The notes: generated by a model not told the origin, from the letters alone. Counted from the stretch's first letter, positions 1 to 12,382 are shown. The stretch: DNA of 64,000 bases from Camelus ferus (GCF_009834535.1 NC_045696.1:72976001-73040000), one strand, 5' to 3'. Translations and numbers: made by a program.

Positions 1-469
1 TTGCAACTACAGCAATCTTTGAGGAGACACTTTAAGACAATGCAAAGATCATGCTATTCACCAAATTTACTTTAGGAATCGCTTGAAGGCATTCACAGAC
101 CTCTGCAGGCCATCGTGTACTCTGAGTTAAGAATACAAATTACGTGTTTTCTGTTTTTCTCTAGTGGGGCCAGTGAGTTTGCATAAGGTCAGTCATGTGC
201 ATTTTCCCAGCACTATGTGGATGTTGAAATAAGAAAAACTCCATCTTTTGTCAGCTCTGCAACTTTCCACCTAGGTTGCCATGAGCATTAAATAAGATCA
301 GAATGGAGAGTTCCTAACTGAGTCCCCTGCACCCGGTCTGTATTTAGTCAATTTTAGTCCCCTTTCCCTCCTTACAAATAATTAAAGGCTGCTGAGGTAG
401 CGTAATCTGTGCCCAAGGACCCAGAGGAAAGCAATGCTCTTGGGAAGCACTGAACCACAGTCTTTGTTG

Positions 470-645
470 CCACCACGATGATGTGTGGGACCCTGCGAAA
501 ACTTCTCAACCTCTCTGTGCCTTAGTCTCTGCAACTGCAAACAGGGCTAACATTACCACGTAACCCGCAGTGCTGTGAGGGTTAAATGAATTAATGTGTT
601 TGGAGTGCCAGGCACACAGGAGGAGCCATGTAAGTGTTAGCTCTT
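470..645 (+). mobile_element. MIR SINE relic (core and 3' end)
   Basis: AACCTCTCTGTGCCTTAGT...TGTGAGGGTTAAATGAATTAAT...GGCACACAG...TGTTAGCT resembles the MIR consensus; boundaries approximate. Confidence 0.75.
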
Positions 646-1478
646 GCAGATAGAATGTAAGCTCCGTGAGGACAAGCATCTGGCTCCCTGATACATCCTG
701 CCTAGAAGAGCGTCCTGCACGTCGACAACAATGCCCCCAAGAAACGACTTAGAAATGCTAAGAAATCAGAAAGGGCCTCGAATTCTCAGCTGAGATACTG
801 TTTCCTACTTGGCCCGCCATTGCCTGCAGCTGCCTGGGAGAACTCGGTAGACCCTGGTTAGGACCAAACTCTCTGAGGAATACTTTGCTCCTGCTGACTT
901 CTAGCAGGCAATTCCTTGGCTAGAAGTTTTGCTGTCTTATGGCGGAACAGGAGAGCAAAGGCCAGAAGCAGGTGCAGCCAACCAGTGCAGGCCGAACAGT
1001 CTGGCTGGTGGAGATACTCCCCGCAGGTCCTCACCTCCAGCATGAAGAGGGAAATAGCCACCCTGTAGCCCTGCCTGGTGCCCTTCCTCTTTCCAAAACA
1101 TTTGATCTCCGATTTAACCAGCTTAATTGCAAAGGAGGAATTCCCAAGCGGTAGGTTACTTCAGGAGGCTGTTGTTAGCCAGTGCATATTGAAAGCAAGC
1201 ATTGTCTACAGACTGAATAAACAGTGTGTCTCTTCAAAGATGAGCTACATCCTTAGCAGGCTTGAAGGTGGAGACTAGGATTTCTGAAAGCACAGTTTCC
1301 CAACCCTCATCAAAACTGCTGAAAACGCAGATTCCAGGGTCTCACTTCAGAATAGATAAGTTAGCACTAATGGGGGAGGGGCAGGTAGAAGTGGAGGGGG
1401 TGGGATGGGGAGGTGGGGTGGAGGAGTGGGGTGGTGAGGTGTAGCAGAGCAGCAATCTACCTATTTTTTAAAATCAGT

Positions 1479-1640
1479 GGGAAGGGTATGGCTCAGTGGT
1501 AGAGCACATGCTTAGCATGCATGAGGTCCTGGGTTCAATCCCCAGTACTTCCATCCAAAAAAAAAAAAAAAATTAAAATAAATAAACCTAATTACCTGCC
1601 CCCAAAAAACCCAAACAAAAAAAATTAATTAAATTAATTA
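1479..1640 (+). mobile_element. vic-1-like camelid SINE (tRNA-Ala derived), long-tail form
   Basis: GGGAAGGGTATGGCTCAGTGGTAGAG (A box), GGTTCAATCCC (B box), A-run, then AAATAAACCTAATTACC tail. Confidence 0.9.
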
Positions 1641-1644
1641 ATGG

Positions 1645-2762
1645 ATTTTATTTTTTTGACCAGTTTTAGGTTCACAGCAACATTGAGCAGAAAGGACAGA
1701 GCTCTCAGACACCTCCTGTCCCCACACACTCACAATCTCTCCCGCTAAAATCCCCCACCACAGTAGTCCGTTTGCTGCAATCAGTGAACCTGCCTTGGCA
1801 CATCATTATCACCCAGAGTCCCTAGGTTACACTGGGATTCACTCTTGGTGTTGAGTTTGGACAAGTGTGTAATGATATATATCCACCATTACAGCATCAT
1901 ATAGAGTAGTTTCACTGCCCTAAAACTCCTCTGTGCTCCACCTGCTCATCCCTCCTTCCCAACTAACCTCTGACAGCCACCGACCTTTTACTGTTTTCAT
2001 AGTTTTGCCTTTTCCAGTATGCCCTACAGCTGGAATCATATAGTATGTTGTCTTTTCAGACTGGCTTTTTTCACTGAATAATATATATATTTAAGATTCC
2101 TCCATGTCTTTTCATGACTTGATAGCTCATTTCTTTTTAGCACTGACTAATGTTGCATTGTCTGGAATTACCACAGTTTGTTTATCCATTCACCTACTGA
2201 AGAACATCTTGGTTGCTTCCAGGTTTGGGCAATTATAAAAAAGGCTGCTATAAACACCCATGTGTAGGTCTTTGTGTAAACATAAGTTTTCAACTCATTT
2301 GGGTAAATACCAAGGAGCATGATTTTGCTAGACCGTATGGTAAGAGTATGTTTAGTTTTGAAAGAAATTGCCAAACTGTCTTCCAAAGTGGCTGTACCAT
2401 TTTCTATTCCTATCAGCGGTGAATGAGTTCTGTCTCTCCGCATGGTTCCCAGCATTTGGTGGTGTTAATGTTTTGGATTTTGGCCATTCAAATATGTATA
2501 TAAGGGGGTCACATTGTTTTAGTTTGCAGTTCCCTAATGACATATGATATGGAGCATCTTTTGATAAGTTTACTTACCGTCTGTTTATTTTCTTTGATGA
2601 GATGTCTGTCCAGATCTTTTACCCATTTTTTTAATTGGGTCATTTATTTTCTTATTGTTGAGTTTTAAGAGTTCCTTGTATATTTTGGATACCAGTCCTT
2701 TATCAGATGTGTCTTTTGTAAGCATTTTCTCCCAGGCTGTAGCTTGTCTTCTCATTCTCTTC
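1645..2762 (-). mobile_element. Old LINE-1 3' end (L1MC1-like): ORF2 C-terminus plus 3'UTR
   Basis: ORF 2168..2455(-) contains LLGIYPNELKTY...WKQPRCSSVGEWINKLW (L1 ORF2 C-terminus); CAGTTTTAGGTTCACAGCAA...CATCATTATCACCCAGAGTCC resembles the L1MC 3'UTR. Confidence 0.9.
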
Positions 2763-2974
2763 AGGGAACTGTCTTTTTAACCAGCTCGTTAAATAAAGTT
2801 TGAGGTCACTTTCCTTCACTCATCAAAGCATAACAACGCACTTTAATTTTGCTTTTAAACACAATCCTATAAATATCAAAAGTTATAAATGTATAATGAA
2901 CATAATTCAAATGTACACTTGTGAACGTCCCCAAAATTATCTGTAATAGCTCTTATCCAGTTTTATGAAAATGG

Positions 2975-3135
2975 ACAGAACATTAGAAAAAGTCAAGAGA
3001 CCTGGATTCTAAAAGAAATTTGGCTACAAATTAGCTATATGACCTTGCGCAAGTCTCTGTCCATCTAGACCCCAGATTCCTCAGGTATAAAATGAAGGGG
3101 ATGAATTAGATGAGTTTTAAATTTCCCTCTGGCCT
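2975..3135 (+). mobile_element. MIR3-like SINE relic
   Basis: GACCTGGATTCT...TGACCTTGCGCAAGTC...TAAAATGAAGGGGATGAATTAGATG. Confidence 0.65.
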
Positions 3136-4839
3136 TGTGGTTCCATCTTTTCCATCAAAGCCAAAGCAAGGAGCATATTACTAGCAATGAAATTTCTGAG
3201 TAAACATGGGTGGGTGCCTATTAATGAGAAATGCCTTTGACTTGGCATCCCCTAGACTTTGGGTAACAATCTTCAAAGTCAGGATTTAATGCAGATTTGA
3301 CTAATGCATAGATGAAACAAGGTTAGTGTCCCCACAAAAGTGCCACTGTGGTCGGTAAAACAAACCCAGATTGATAATGGCTAAATTTAAATGAGAAACT
3401 GTGTGTGTACATATACACAATTACATATAGGGCAGAACACAGGGAATTTCAGACTCAACAGAGCTTGTGAATGCAAAGAGAAACAAAAATAGAAACCATC
3501 AAATGGCCAGATGGCTGAGCTTTCTATTTTTAAATATATCATGAGTTCTGTGGGAGTATGTCAATGAGGAGAACTAAAAGAAAAAAAAATGTGGTAACCT
3601 TGAGCGCTTCTGTTTTTTAAACAAAACGGTATCACACAGGGTGTCAAATAGCCAAGAAATTATATAATGAAATGAAAGGAGTGAATGCTTTTAAGTTCGT
3701 AAAGCTCAGCCTTTAATATTACACCATGATTCAAACCACTAATCAAACGTTTTTCATGCTTGAAGCTGCAAGTTATTTACAATGGCTGTAATATTTCCAA
3801 GAAATACCTAAATTAGTGGGTAAAGTTACCTTTTTTTCCCTCTATCAAATTTCCACACTCAACTTCTTTTCAAATGTCCTAATACAGTCATGGCGTAGCC
3901 ACAAGACGTGACAGAATAAACACATCCATGGGTCATCGATGAGCCGAACTTTGTGAAACATCTAAGAAAATGTGTTTGGAAAAGGACTGCAAGGTTTAGA
4001 AGAATTTTAGAGTAACTCACGAATCGGCTAACCCAGTCAAAAGATTACTCACTTAAGAATGATATAATTACTTTCAGTTTGCTTAAAGCCAGGGAAAAGT
4101 TGACACAGCGATTAAAGGAAAATGGGCGAAAAAAATAGAGTTACATTATACCGACTAAATTCAGGCTGTTCCAAGGAGTAGGCCCAAGGCTTATTTGAGG
4201 AAAGATTATCTTGACAAATTGGATAAACATTTTCTGCATGACAGGACGCTGATGGAGAGTCTGTTCTGCAAGCACACCTGGTGGTGGTTTGCTTAGTGTT
4301 TGACCAAGGTGTTCAGCCCGCCCGAGTTCTCCCAGGGGCTTTGTTTACCGTTTGGCAGGTAGAGGCAGAGCCGAGCTAGGCCTTGGTAACGGTTGTTGGG
4401 CTCTGCAGATGTCTAACCCCACCCTGGCCCCACCCCCATCTCCCCATTTGGGCTAAAACAACTCTTGGCTAGACCAGTCCACAAAAGCCAACACCAGACT
4501 TTAACAAACAGTTCATGCTTAGGGAGACCTGCAGTCTAATATCCCTGAGGCAAATAAAAATGGCAAATGCAAATAAATGCACCAACACCGCCTCTCCCCC
4601 CCATCTTTGGCTTCCTTCCATAGTCAACTGGGATGGAGCGGTCAGGTCCCGCACAGGGCATTGCTATGGATGCAAATTTTCCAGCACACAGGTTATGCTA
4701 GCGCCGGGACGGAGAAGGTGTGCGTTCCATTCAAGGCCATGCTTCCCTGGGCCCAAATGACTCTAGATATGGGAGATTAGTGGCCTCCTCTAAGGCCTTT
4801 GGGAAGACTCTTGTGTTCTCAAGTCACTTAAATATCTGT

Positions 4840-4861
4840 AGGCAAGCCCCCAAACATGTTT
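4840..4861. promoter_or_regulatory. Candidate p53/p63 response element
   Basis: AGGCAAGCCC-CC-AAACATGTTT: two exact RRRCWWGYYY half-sites, 2-bp spacer; motif match only. Confidence 0.35.
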
Positions 4862-7079
4862 TTACTATGGCTTGGCATCCTTAAGAAGCCATGACTTTCT
4901 GGAGGCAGTAATTTGTAGAATGGCTTCCTAGGGTTGGCCATTCAGTACTTTCCAGTGCCACCTTATCATTCAAGGAAGCACTAAATTGGGGAGCAGGATA
5001 CTCAGAGATGTTATTAGTGTCATTAGACAGCGTAGGGGACCCTGCATTCAGGCCCTCAAAAGGAAAACGAACAAACAGCCCCCACAGTTACGATGAGTTT
5101 GCATTTTGCTAGGTCAGTTTGGTTCAACCAAAATTGCTTTGCGTCAACTAATTTACATTAATTTGTAGCCCATCTGGTGGTTCCAAGCATAAAGGCCTCA
5201 TATTACCGTGCAGGATACACTGATTAGAAATGGCATTAGAGGTAACAGTGGTTTTAATTTGTTGCCTGTAAATCCTTGAGAAGGCAACCCCAGGTGCCAG
5301 GACATGAAACACCATTGAGCTCCACCCTCGAGCAGAGTCCTTTTCACAATCTTAAAGCTAAAACTTTAGTTTTATAGATTACAAATCTGCAATCCCCTCG
5401 ACAATATAAATGCACCTCATTTCTTTCCCCACCCTTCTGCTTCATCCTTCTGCCCATCTCCTTAACCTTTTTTTTAAACAAGTAAACAAACCAAACAAAA
5501 TAAAAATAAAATCCTGGGGGAAAGCCAGAACAATGAAATGGCTTGATTCAAAATCGTCCAACATCTACTTTATGTCTATGACATTCCCAGACACATCTTG
5601 TATAATCCTCACCTTGAAGTAGGTATTATTTACCTGCGCCTTAAAGATGTGGGATCTCAAGTTTAGAAGACATTATATGACAAGTCCTTGTTCACACAGC
5701 TGGACGCCCAGGAGCCAGGAGTGAATTTCAGTGACTTTCTGCCTGATTCAGTCCCGGGGCTCGTTTTACAAGACTCCAACTCCTTGTCTGTTAAAGACCG
5801 ATCAAGTCAAAGCTGATGATTTTTTTTTTCTGCTAGTATTTTAGGGCACAACAACAGCAAAACATTTTTAACGATACTTTCCTCCAAGGCGTGTTGAGCT
5901 TTATGACAGTATTACTTAGTCTGCTCTTTCTCCTTAGACTCTCTCAGTAGACTATGAGCTCCTCTGAAGCATGGCCCTTGTCCCCATCATCTCTGTAACT
6001 TCCATTCATTTAATCAGATTGTACATATGCTGTTTGTTGAATCAATAAACGATTTATGTGATGGCACTTGTCACACTGTAGGACCTCAGTAATTGTTCAT
6101 TTATTTTCCTTTTCGCCTTTCTTATTGAGGACTAAAAATCTATTATAGAAGACAGGAAGTTGCTCATATAATGAACTGTAAGCACTGCAGACAAAAATGG
6201 AAGAGAGACACAATTGTGTTCCTCTCTTGTGGAGGCAGAGGATTGTCTCCAGGTGACCCCCCCAGTAGCAGAGGCAGATATACAAACTGGTTGTACTGCA
6301 ACTTGCTCGCCACAAGACCAGGTCATATAATGGAAGACTCGATGTACAAATTATCAGAGAATTAAGAGAGCACAACCCATCATCTTGTGTGTTGCAGAAA
6401 CTGTGAGGAAGTAGTTGAAGAATTGGTCGCGCCATTCACCAGGCATTACGTTCCTATATAATTCATCTGGTTGCAGCTTCTCCATCTCTATTAAAGCATC
6501 AAGATAGGCACAATAGGCACAAAAGAAGCCAAAGGAACATGGTTTAAGGCAAAATATTGGACACATTTTTTACATGAGTGATATTGGGAACCCCATTCTT
6601 TGCTGAGATCAGTCTGGGTCCCAAAGCAGGTCTGATTTCAGAGCACACTAAAGCATTTTCCTGAGGCCTTGAATTGCTCAGATAGAGGTGCCAAGAGGAG
6701 ACATACTAATTAAGGAAAGAATAGTAATCTTCAGGGAACAAAATGCCAAAGGACCTGGTTAGGCCAGGCAGTTGTCATGATGCCTTGAGCCAGTAACTTT
6801 AGTTAATTTTCATGACCATCTATTTCATCCACTGGAATGTGGAATTGGACTCTCTAAGGAGATTTTCATCTCCTATGTCATAATGTTTTTATGATATGGT
6901 TTTCCTGCTGCTGAATTCTGTTGGAGAATATCACACAACTCTGCTAACTGGTCATGACTACAAATCAAGATGACTCCTTTATATCTTTTCATCTCTTCTG
7001 AAACTTTCAACTTCTACCCATATTCTCACCTCCCAGCTTTACTCTCAGCCAAAGAATTTACCTTATCCTTCATCTAGAG

Positions 7080-7265
7080 TTATGCTGTCAAATATGATAG
7101 CCACGAGCCATGTGTAGCTATTTAAATTCAAATTAACTTAAATTTAAAATTTAGTTCTTTAGATGTACTAGCCACATTTTAAGTACTAAGTAGCTATATG
7201 TGTCTAGTTGTTTCCATATCGGACAGGACAGATATAGAAATTTCTTTTGACTGTCACTGGTCCAG
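7080..7265 (-). mobile_element. MER3-like hAT-Charlie DNA transposon
   Basis: GCTGTCAAATATGATAGCCACGAGCCATGTGTAGCTATTTAAATT...ACTAGCCACATTTTAAGTACT resembles the reverse complement of MER3. Confidence 0.75.
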
Positions 7266-7525
7266 TGTAGAGGAATTCCCTCATCTAGTCAACCCTTACT
7301 CTGCAATATATCTGTCCATCTTTCCTCACGTGTCAATAGTAGTGTCTCTGATCCTATAGAGCACTAACCCCTCTACTTGTCCTCTGAATCCCATTTTCTT
7401 TCATCAACTCAAGGGCCCCACTTTTTGTATCATCTTTCTGTATTGTCATTTTCACCTTTTATACTCAATTATTCTCATTGGAAAACATGGACAACTATCT
7501 CAAATCTTTTTAAAATATAATATTT

Positions 7526-8118
7526 TTATCTGTTCATCTTGTAACCTGCAAGTTTGCTGAATTCTTTGATTAGTTCTAGTAGTTTTTGTGTGGCTCTTTT
7601 AGAGTTTTCTATATATAGTATCATGTCATCTGCATATAGTGACACTTTTACCTCTTCTTTTCCAATTTGGATCCCTTTTATTTCTCTCTGTTGCCTGATT
7701 GCTGTGGCTAGGACTTCCAAGACTATGTTGAATAGGAGTGGTGATAGTGGGCAGCCTTGTCTTGTCCCAGATTTTAGTAGGAAGCTTTTGAATTTTTCAT
7801 CATTGAGTACTATGCTGGCTGTAGGTTTGTAATATAGAGCTTTTATGATGTTGAGATATGTTCTCTCTATACCCACTTTGGTGAGAGTTTTTATCATAAA
7901 TGGGTGTTGAATTTTATCAAATGCTTTTTCTGCATCTGTTGAGATTATCATGTGGTTTTTGCCCTTTCTCTTGTTGAACTGATGTATTACACTGATTGAT
8001 TTGTGTATGTTGAACCACCCTTGTGTCCCTGGGATGAACCCCATTTGATCATGATGTATAATCTTTTTTATGTACTGTTGGATTCTATTTGCTAATATTT
8101 TGGTAAGGATTTTTGCAT
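7526..8118 (-). pseudogene. Inverted L1 ORF2 fragment, reverse transcriptase core
   Basis: Translates [30 protein letters not shown]...[18 protein letters not shown]...[10 protein letters not shown]...AGYK, including the RT YADD motif. Confidence 0.95.
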
Positions 8119-9719
8119 TTCTTTACACTAACGATGAATCAACAGGAAAAGAAAGTAAAGAAACAATTCCCTTTAAAATAGCACCCAAAGTAATAAAATA
8201 CCTAGGAATAAATCTAACCAAGGAGGTGAAAGACTTATACATGGAGAACTATAAAACATTGATTAAGGAAATTAAAGAAGACTTCAAAAAATGGAAAGAT
8301 ATCCCATGCTCCTGGATTAGAAGAATCAGTATTGTTAAAATGGTCATACTGCCCGAGGCAATCTACAGATTTAATGCAATCCCTATCAAATTACCCAGGA
8401 CATATTTCACAGAACTAGAACAAATCATAATAAAATTTATATGGAACCACAAAAGACCTAGAATTGCCAAAGCACTGCTGAAGAAAAAGAAACAGGCTGG
8501 AGGAATAACTCTCCCAGACTTCAGACAATACTATAGAGCTACAGTCATCAAGACAGCATGGTATTGGTACAAAAACAGACATATGGACCAAAGGAACGGA
8601 ACAGAGAACCCAGAAATGAACCCACAAACTTTTGGTCAACTAATCTTCGACAAAGGAGGCAAGAATATACAATGGAATAAAGACAGTCTCTTCAGCAAAT
8701 GGTGTTGGGAAAACTGGACAGCATAATCTAAATCAATGAAGCTAGAACATTCCCTTACACCATACACAAAAATTAACTCAAAATGGGTCAAAGACTTAAA
8801 CATAATACAAGATACAATAAATCTCCTAGAAGAAAATATAGGTAAAATATTATCTCACATACATCTCAAAAATGTTTTCCTGGGGCAGTCTACCCAAGCA
8901 ATAGAAATAAAAGTAAGAATAAACAAATGGGACCTAATGAAACTTACAAGCTTCTGCACAGCAAAGGAAACCATAAGCAAAACAAAATGACAAGCTACGG
9001 AATGGGAGAAAATTTTTGCAAATGATGAAACCAACAAAGGCTTGATCTCCAGAATATATAAGCAGCTCATATGACTTAATAAGAAAAATACAAACAACAC
9101 AATCAAAAAATGGGCAGAAGACCTAAACAAGCAATTCTCCAATGAAGACATATGAATGATCAATAGGCACATGAAAAAATGTTCAATATCACTAATTATC
9201 AGAGAAATGCAAATCAAAACTACAATGAGGTATCACCTCACACCAGACAGAATGGCCATCATTCAAAAGTCCACAAATGACAAATGCTGGAGAGGCTGTG
9301 GAGAAAAGGGAACCCTCCTACACTGCTGGTGGGAATGCAGTTTGGTGCAGCCACTATGGAAAACAGTATGGAGATTCCTCAAAAGACTAGGAATAGACTT
9401 ACCATATAACCCAGGAATCCTACTCCTGGGCATATATCCAGAAGGAACCCTACTTCAAAAAGACACCTGCACCCCAATGTTCATAGCAGGACTATTTAAA
9501 ATAGCCAAGACATGGAAACAGCCTAAATGTCCATCGACAGATGACTGGATAAAGAAGAAGTGGTATATTTATACAATGGAATACTACTCAGCCATAAAAC
9601 CCGACAACATAACGCCATTTGCAGCAACATGGATGCTCCTGGAGAATGTCATTCTAAGTGAAGTAAGCCAGAAAGAGAAAGAAAAATACCATATGAGATC
9701 ACTCATATGTGGAATCTAA
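8113..9719 (+). pseudogene. L1 ORF2 C-terminal fragment, one frame with four premature stops
   Basis: ORFs 8070, 8736 and 9156 share a frame; stops at 8724, 8988, 9072, 9153; CCHC knuckle [18 protein letters not shown]; natural end SLICGI*. Confidence 0.95.
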
Positions 9720-10044
9720 CAAAAAAACAAAAACAAAAACAAACAAAGCATAAATATAAAACAGAAACAGACTCATAGACATAGAATGCAAACTTGTGGT
9801 TGCCAAGGAGGCAGAGGGTGGGAAGGGATAGACGGGATTTCAAAATTGTGAATAGATAAACAAGATTATACTGTATAGCACAGGAAATATACACAAAAGC
9901 TTATGGTAGCTCACAGAGAAAAAAATGTGACAATGAATGTATATATGTTCATGTATAACTGAAAAATTGTGCTCTAAACTAGAAATTGACACAACATTGT
10001 AAAATGATTATAAATCAATAAAAAATGTTATAAAAAAAAAAGAA

Positions 10045-12190
10045 TGTTGATCTAGAATCCTATAGCCAGTGAAAATATTCTTCAGGATTGAAAGGGAAAT
10101 CAAGATATTCTCAGCTAAGAGAATTTGTTGCTATCTGAATAAAAGAAGAGCTAATGGAATTTCTCTAAACAGAAAGGAAACAAGCTTTCCTTCTTTTAGA
10201 AAGAAACTTGGAACATCAGGAAGGAAGAATGAACATAGTCAGCAAAATATGTGCAAAATTAATAGACTTCCCTTTTCCTCTTGAGTTTTCTAAATTGTTA
10301 CCAGAGGCAGCATTTTAAAAAGCTACACAAAGAGATACACTCAAAAATACTACAGAGAAGTCAAAATAGAATTCTGAAAATGTTCAAATAACCAAAAGGC
10401 AGTCAGAAAGAAGAAAATAGAAATGAAAGACAGGAAACAAAATCCAAAATGGCAGACTTAAACCCTATTTTATATATACAATCATATTAAATGTAAATGG
10501 TCTAAATACACCAATTAAAAGACAGAAATTGGCAAAGTGGATTAAAAACATGTCACAACTACATGCTATGTGCAAGAAACTCACTTCAAATATAATGATA
10601 TAGGTAGGTTGAAAGTAAAAGGATGAAAAAGATGCATCATGTAAATATTAATCAAAGGATAGTAGATTGGTTATGTTAATATCAGTAAAGTCAGCTTCAG
10701 AGCAAAGAAAATTACCCGAGACAGAGAGGTACATTATATAATGATAAAGTCTCAATACACCAAAAAATGATAGCATTCCTAAATGTGTATACACCAAACA
10801 ACAGAACTGCAAAATACATAAAGCAAAACTGGCAAAACTGATAGAACTGAAGGGTAAAATAGACAAATTCACAATTATATTTGGAGATCTCAACATCTCT
10901 CCTTCAACAATTGATAGAATAGACAGAAGTCAGCAAGGTTATAGAAGACCTCAATGACACCATCAGCCAATAGGATCTAATCATCATCATAGAGCCACCT
11001 ACCCAGCAACAGCAAAATACATGTTCTTTTCACCAGTTACAAATAGGATAACAGGAAAATCTCCAAAGACTTAGAAACCACACAACACACTTCTAAATGA
11101 CCTGTGAATCAAAGATTAAAGTCTCAAGGAGAGATCTCTCAAGGGAAATTTAAAAAATACATTGAACTGAATGAAAATGAAAATATATTTTAAAACTACC
11201 CTAATACAAAAAAAACCAAAAACCCTACAGACCAATATCCTGTATGAATATAGGCATAAAAACACTTAACACCCTATTTGAGAATATAATTTAACAATAT
11301 ATAAAAATAATTCTACACATGACTGAGTGGGATTTACTCCAGCCGTACAGGACTGATTTAATATTCAAAAATCAGTTAATGTAATCCACCATGTTAACAA
11401 GCTAAGGAAGGAAAAAAATATGATTATATCAATGGATACAGAAAAAGCATTTGACGAAATTCAGCACTCATTTCTGATAAAAACTTTCAGATACATCAGA
11501 AATTGACACAACATTGTAAACTGACTATACTTCAATTAAAAAATGGAAAAACAAATTCAGAGAAAGAGGATTAGAGAGGAGCTTCCTCAACTTGATGAAG
11601 AAATCTACAAAGAACCTACAGGTAACATTTTACTTAATGGAGAAAGACTAAATGCTTTTTTCTTCAAAGATGGCAAGCGAGAAAAGACTGTTTACTCTCA
11701 CCATTCTTACTCAACAAAATGCTAGAAATTTTAGCCAGAGCAGAGAGTCAAGAAATGTAAATAAAAGGCACAGAGATAAGAATGGAAAGGTAGAACTGTC
11801 TCTGTTTGAAGAGAATATGATTGTTTTCACTGAAAATCCAAAAAAATCCACACACCAAAAAACCCTCCTAGAATTAATAATGATTTCATCGAGATCATAA
11901 GATATAAGATAAACTACAAAAATTAATTATATTGTTACAACTGGGAACATGGACAACAAAAAAGAAATATTTCTATGTCATTGAAGATTACAAAACACTA
12001 ATAAAACAAATCAAAGATGCTCTAAACAAAGGAAGAGACATATCATGCTGATGGATTAAAAAGACTCATTGTTGTACAGGGGCTGATTCTCCTCAAATTG
12101 ATTTATGGGCTGAACACTTCATATCAAAATCCAGCAAGATATTTTTGTAGATATAAATAAGATTATTCTAGAATTTATATGGAGAGGTAA
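10045..12190 (+). mobile_element. Ancient L1M fragment (ORF1 end to ORF2 EN/RT) with internal deletions
   Basis: AGAATCCTATAGCCAGTGAAAATATTCTTC (ORF1 end), TTAAATGTAAATGGTCTAAATACACCAATTAAAAGACA (LNVNGLN, EN start), CTACAGACCAATATCC, GAAAAAGCATTTGAC; heavily degraded. Confidence 0.85.
11492..11550 (+). mobile_element. Micro L1 3'-end insertion nested in the old L1M
   Basis: AGAAATTGACACAACATTGTAAA is identical to 9981-10003 of the young L1; flanked by similar AAAAACTTTCAGA / AAAAACAAATTCAGA. Confidence 0.75.
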
Positions 12191-12273
12191 TTTGCTGGGC
12201 AGTTTCCATGTGCCAAGCACTTTGCTTGGTAGTCTGTAAGTGCATGCTGTTAAGTTTTCCCCTTTTTAAAACC

Positions 12274-12382
12274 GGGGAAGGGATATAGCTTAGTGATTGA
12301 GCACATGCTTAGCATGCACAAAGTCCTGGGTTAAATCCCCAGTACCTCCTTTAAAAAGAAAAGGACTTTAAAAAAAAAAAAA
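12274..12382 (+). mobile_element. vic-1-like SINE, short form
   Basis: GGGGAAGGGATATAGCTTAGTG...GCTTAGCATGCACAAAGTCCTGGGTTAAATCCCCAGTACCTCC plus A-tail. Confidence 0.85.

Larger units (their letters stand above)
7523..10040 (+). mobile_element. Relatively young 5'-truncated, 5'-inverted LINE-1 (about 2.5 kb)
   Basis: Antisense ORF2 RT segment (7523-8118) joined to sense ORF2 C-terminus, 3'UTR, AATAAA and A-tail (8113-10040). Confidence 0.95.

Noticed and set aside
6097..6566. Overlapping ORFs, including minus-strand EMEKLQPDELYRNVMPGEWRDQFF after a plausible acceptor
   Set aside because: No protein family recognised and no convincing donor site; a tBLASTn/PhyloCSF test is needed before calling an exon
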